Assembly (NCBI GenBank): GCA_965219445.1
Contig: CBDCNQ010000004.1
Location: 192,001 to 256,000, forward strand
Direction of reading: 5' to 3'
Length of the DNA stretch: 64,000 nucleotides
Origin: Longimicrobiales bacterium
Lineage (GTDB): Bacteria; Gemmatimonadota; Gemmatimonadetes; Longimicrobiales; Gaopeijiaceae
In this document: positions 60,476 to 64,000 of the stretch, piece after piece
How the letters are laid out: every line of letters starts with the position of its first letter
Position numbering within the stretch: the stretch's first letter is position 1
The notes under the pieces: generated by a model
What the model was told of the DNA's origin: nothing
The model's database searches: none
What the model saw: the letters and a program-made list of their open reading frames with translations, nothing else
Program-made: the position numbers and the translations under genes

Positions 60476-62176
60476 TTAGACGGGTACTCCCGGCCGGCCA
60501 GCGCGATCCGCCGCCCGCTTCTCCCGCGTAAAGGCGGACTGCGACTCGAGGAGCACGAAGATGGCCATGATGATGATCACGACGTCCACCGCCCCCAGCA
60601 GGTAGTTGGGGTTCCTCCAAAACAGATCCCACAGCTGGTAGACCGCCGCCGCCAGAGACATCAGGGTGACGAAGACCATGGGCACGAGCGTGAAGATGTA
60701 CCGCCGCCCGAGCTTGACCAACATGACGCTCAGCACGAGCAGCGTCAGGCCGGCCAGCAACTGGTTCGTGGTGCCGAAGAGAGGCCAGATGAGCATGCCA
60801 CCCTGACCGTCCCTACCGCCCGCCCCGAACGCAAGCGCGAGGCACGCCGCCACGGCCGCGAAGGTCGCGATGTATCCGTTCTGCAACACACGAATGTTGT
60901 AGATGGTGCCCCATTCCTGGACGATGTAACGCTGGAGGCGCACCCCGGCGTCCATCGTGGTTCCGGCGAACAGAACCGCCATGACCGCAAGCAGCGTCTG
61001 TGCGAATTCCCTGGACAGTGGCGTTCCGTCCGAAACGATCTGCGACCCGCCGGCGACGAACGTGGGGATGCCGATCGTGCCGCCGAACTCAGCGTACGTC
61101 GTCTGCCACTCGCCGAGCGAAGCGAAGCCCGCGCTGACGGCGATGATCGTGACGAGGGCGAGCATCCCCTCACCCGACGACCCCAGATAACCCACGAAGC
61201 GGGCGTCCGTCTCCTTGTTCAACTGCTTGGACGTTGTACCGGAGGCCACAAGGCCGTGGAACCCTGAGAGAGCCCCGCATGCGATCGTGACGAAGAGCAG
61301 AGGCACCAATGGGGGGGTCCCTGCGGGAACGCTCGTGTTGTACATCGGTGCGACGACCGTGGGGTTCGCAATGAACACCGCGCCGAACAACAGGGCCAGC
61401 CCGATGATGAGCTGAATTCCGTTGATGTAGTCTCTCGGCTGAAGCAGTAACCAGACTGGAAGCAGCGACGCAATCGTGGCGTAGATGAAGAGAATTATGA
61501 TCCACTGCGGAGCCGCTCCGAGACCCATGAATGTCTCTGGGAGCGAGACCGGAACCTGGTCCCCCACATAGATCACCGCATAGAGGATGATGGTGCCGAT
61601 GACCGTGGGCCACAGGATCGGGACCTTCACCTTATAGATCAGCACGCCGATCGCCACAGCCACGGCGATCGCGCTCCAGGCCGGAATCACGCTACTGGGC
61701 GTCGCCACGAAGGCGTTGGAGATCGCGACGGCGAACACGGCGTTGACCATCATCAACAGAAAGAAGATGACGATCATGAAGAGCGTGCGTGCACGGAGAC
61801 TGACGACATCGGCGGTGAGTGATCCGACGGACCTTCCCTGGTTACGGACGCTCGCCCAGATCGCGCCGAAGTCGTGCACGCCGGCAAAGAATATCGTGCC
61901 GCCGATGACCCATATGAACGCAGGCAGCCACCCCCAGATGACCGCGATGGCAGGTCCGATGATGGGCGCCGCACCCGCAACGGCCGTGAAGTGGTGACCC
62001 CACAGCACGACCCTGTTCGTTGGAATGAAGTCGATGTCGTCCCGCAAGGCGTGGGCCGGCGTCTCGAAATTCGGATCGAGCTGATAGATCTTCTCGGCGA
62101 TGAACTTCGAGTAGAAGAAATAGCCGGAAGCCACGAGTACGATGCCGATTACCGCAGGGACGATTGCGCTCATCAT
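60476..62176 (-). CDS. cstA: Carbon starvation protein A transporter
   Basis: TPAH, GHHF..AGAAPI.GP, LLQPRDY, TIACGALSGFH and WPLFG..NQL. Confidence 0.95.
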   Translation of the reverse strand: MMSAIVPAVIGIVLVASGYFFYSKFIAEKIYQLDPNFETPAHALRDDIDFIPTNRVVLWGHHFTAVAGAAPIIGPAIAVIWGWLPAFIWVIGGTIFFAGVHDFGAIWASVRNQGRSVGSLTADVVSLRARTLFMIVIFFLLMMVNAVFAVAISNAFVATPSSVIPAWSAIAVAVAIGVLIYKVKVPILWPTVIGTIILYAVIYVGDQVPVSLPETFMGLGAAPQWIIILFIYATIASLLPVWLLLQPRDYINGIQLIIGLALLFGAVFIANPTVVAPMYNTSVPAGTPPLVPLLFVTIACGALSGFHGLVASGTTSKQLNKETDARFVGYLGSSGEGMLALVTIIAVSAGFASLGEWQTTYAEFGGTIGIPTFVAGGSQIVSDGTPLSREFAQTLLAVMAVLFAGTTMDAGVRLQRYIVQEWGTIYNIRVLQNGYIATFAAVAACLALAFGAGGRDGQGGMLIWPLFGTTNQLLAGLTLLVLSVMLVKLGRRYIFTLVPMVFVTLMSLAAAVYQLWDLFWRNPNYLLGAVDVVIIIMAIFVLLESQSAFTREKRAADRAGRPGVPV

Positions 62177-62242
62177 TCAACCAGGGCTTTAGGTGGACTC
62201 GGGGCAACTGCGGCGGCAATGTAAGGAGAAAAGTCGCTCCCG

Positions 62243-63139
62243 TCAGCCCTGGGAGTGAATGAAGTCGGTAAAACCGCTGTCGTAATCGGACAGACCTTTT
62301 TGCCCGGTCATCCTCATACGCTCCTCCATGATCGGCTTCATGACGGTCCATACGGCCCGTTCATAGGCCGAGGGCTCCGGCCGAAGGGCGTGGAAGTCCT
62401 TCGCCAGTTCCTCGCGTAACCCCGACTCCTCCACCAGGCGGTGATAGTGTCCGATGTCCCCATCCGCCAGCACGCGCAGGTTGCGATGTGTGCGTTCGGC
62501 TAGTGCGGCTTGCACAAGGACCGGGTCGTCCGAGGTGCTGAGCGCGAGATAGGCGATAGCCTGCGCTTGAAGCTCCTTGTAGTAGCCTTTTCTGTGGCAA
62601 AACTCGTGTGCGATGATGTGCGGCTCGAAGACGCCAGAATCCCGGAAGATCGTGACGTCACCGGAAAGGATGTCGCATGCACCCAGGGCGAAAGGAAACA
62701 AGAGCTTGGAGAGGGCCACGCTACGAAGTTCGGCGCTCGTCTCGACTCGCTGGCCGGTGATCGAGGCGATGTAGGCGGTCAGATGCTCGTTCACGACCCG
62801 GGCCAACTGTCCTCGTGAAAGCGCCGGCGGCTGGTAGTCCCGGTTGAGAACAGCGACGAGATCGGCAACGGTTTCGCGCCGCGCCTCCTCGCTCATGGCC
62901 TCGAGGTCGGATGGGTCCTGACCGAAAGTCTCCTCGAAGTCGATAGGGCGGGCGTCCTGGCGGGCAAGCCAATCGCTCAGCGCGCTTCCCGCGTAGGCGC
63001 CCAGGGCGACCGCTTGGACGATGCGGCCTGGCATGCTCGCTCGGAACAGCAAACGGGACGCCAAGGGAGCCAGCATGAAGACGTCGGCGAGGGCAAACGG
63101 CGCATAAGTCGCCTGGTTTGGGATTTCTACACGGTCCAT
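62243..63139 (-). CDS. Zincin-like (DUF3810-like) protein
   Basis: P.IIAHEFCH.KGY..E..A motif. Confidence 0.65.
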   Translation of the reverse strand: MDRVEIPNQATYAPFALADVFMLAPLASRLLFRASMPGRIVQAVALGAYAGSALSDWLARQDARPIDFEETFGQDPSDLEAMSEEARRETVADLVAVLNRDYQPPALSRGQLARVVNEHLTAYIASITGQRVETSAELRSVALSKLLFPFALGACDILSGDVTIFRDSGVFEPHIIAHEFCHRKGYYKELQAQAIAYLALSTSDDPVLVQAALAERTHRNLRVLADGDIGHYHRLVEESGLREELAKDFHALRPEPSAYERAVWTVMKPIMEERMRMTGQKGLSDYDSGFTDFIHSQG

Positions 63140-63266
63140 TGCCACAGTACCCACGCTCGACGGTCGTGGGTCCCGTACTGCGGGAGGGTGGAAGAGGGGC
63201 TCACGGTCCCGCTCCGGTGGCCCACCCCTCTTTCCGATCACCCTTCCAACGGTACAATGCTTCGAA

Positions 63267-64000
63267 ATGCCATCGACCGAACCAGCTTGGTTTCTCACGA
63301 TCCCTTGGGCCCTGCTCCTCTTCCCGGGTGCCGGTCTGGCTCAGAATGGTGGCCGCGACGCATGGTTTCCAGATGCGGAATACTTCTCCCGGCCCACGGC
63401 CTCGGTGCGAGAACCGACCTTCGCGATCGGGGCCGTGTGGAGCACGGTGTTCAGAGACCGATCCGACCCCGCCGAACGCTCACCCTTCGACCTCCAGGGT
63501 GGAACCGGGCTGGGAACCGACCTCCAGGGTGAGGCGGCACTCGGGGGCAACATCCGGATCTGGCAGCCGCTGCAGTGGGCCGATGGCGGACTCACGCTGG
63601 GCATCCAAGCCGGAGTCTTCGGCCGTTTTCGCTTCGAGGTCTCGAACAACGACCTCGTGGCCTCCGACTGGATCGTGGGCCTCCCAGCAGAGATCGCGCA
63701 CGGACCTTGGTCTGGACGTCTACGCGTTCTGCACTGGAGCGCTCATGTGGGCGACGAGCTGATCGAGGCGGGTGTCGAACGCGTCGACTTTACCACGGAG
63801 ACGCTGGAGGCGCTGGCCGCCTATGGGTCCGGCGATTTTCGGTTCTACGGAGGCGGAAGCCTGGTGGTCCGCTCGAGCCTCGAGAACGAGCCTCAGTTGG
63901 GCCCGGCCTTCTCCGATGACGTGCTGATGCGCTTGGGCGCCGACGCGCGCGTGCGCCCATGGGCCCGAGACGACGTAACCGTGGACGGAGGAGTGGACTG
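63267..64000 (+). CDS. DUF1207-like outer-membrane protein, 3' partial
   Basis: Signal peptide, F..P.A..REP and HWSAHVGDE; open to the window end. Confidence 0.7.
   Translation, partial: MPSTEPAWFLTIPWALLLFPGAGLAQNGGRDAWFPDAEYFSRPTASVREPTFAIGAVWSTVFRDRSDPAERSPFDLQGGTGLGTDLQGEAALGGNIRIWQPLQWADGGLTLGIQAGVFGRFRFEVSNNDLVASDWIVGLPAEIAHGPWSGRLRVLHWSAHVGDELIEAGVERVDFTTETLEALAAYGSGDFRFYGGGSLVVRSSLENEPQLGPAFSDDVLMRLGADARVRPWARDDVTVDGGVD

Noticed and set aside
1..64000. CRISPR array or cas genes
   Set aside because: No regularly spaced repeat-spacer series or Cas motifs seen

Overview
High-GC bacterial DNA. The gene content resembles Gemmatimonadota, possibly host-associated; this is inference only. 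About 50 kb (roughly 7.3-57.9 kb) is a mosaic genomic island. On the left lie core-like genes: Na+-decarboxylase beta/biotin carrier, vapBC, imuB, anti-sigma, DUF6504-like and recX. On the right lie a truncated TRAP dctM, dctQ, arsA-like ATPase, cory-CC-star, cstA and DUF1207-like. The island is built from four sibling tyrosine-integrase elements sharing end sequences. One carries a reduced VirB2-3-4-9-10-5-6-8 type IV secretion cluster, and the other three look like deletion derivatives. Cargo includes a defence-like block: a CBS-HEPN fusion, a DUF6932-like nucleotidyltransferase plus partner, a multi-ubiquitin-E2 / JAB-E1 / DUF6527 operon divergent from a CapH/CapP-like HTH + IrrE peptidase pair, and a 5'-truncated BREX (pglX-pglZ-brxL). 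It also holds decayed AbiE modules, IS256/IS3 elements, and a ~1900-aa Fn3/Calx-beta surface protein split in frame by a group IIC intron. All family calls come from motif recognition by eye; no database searches were run.
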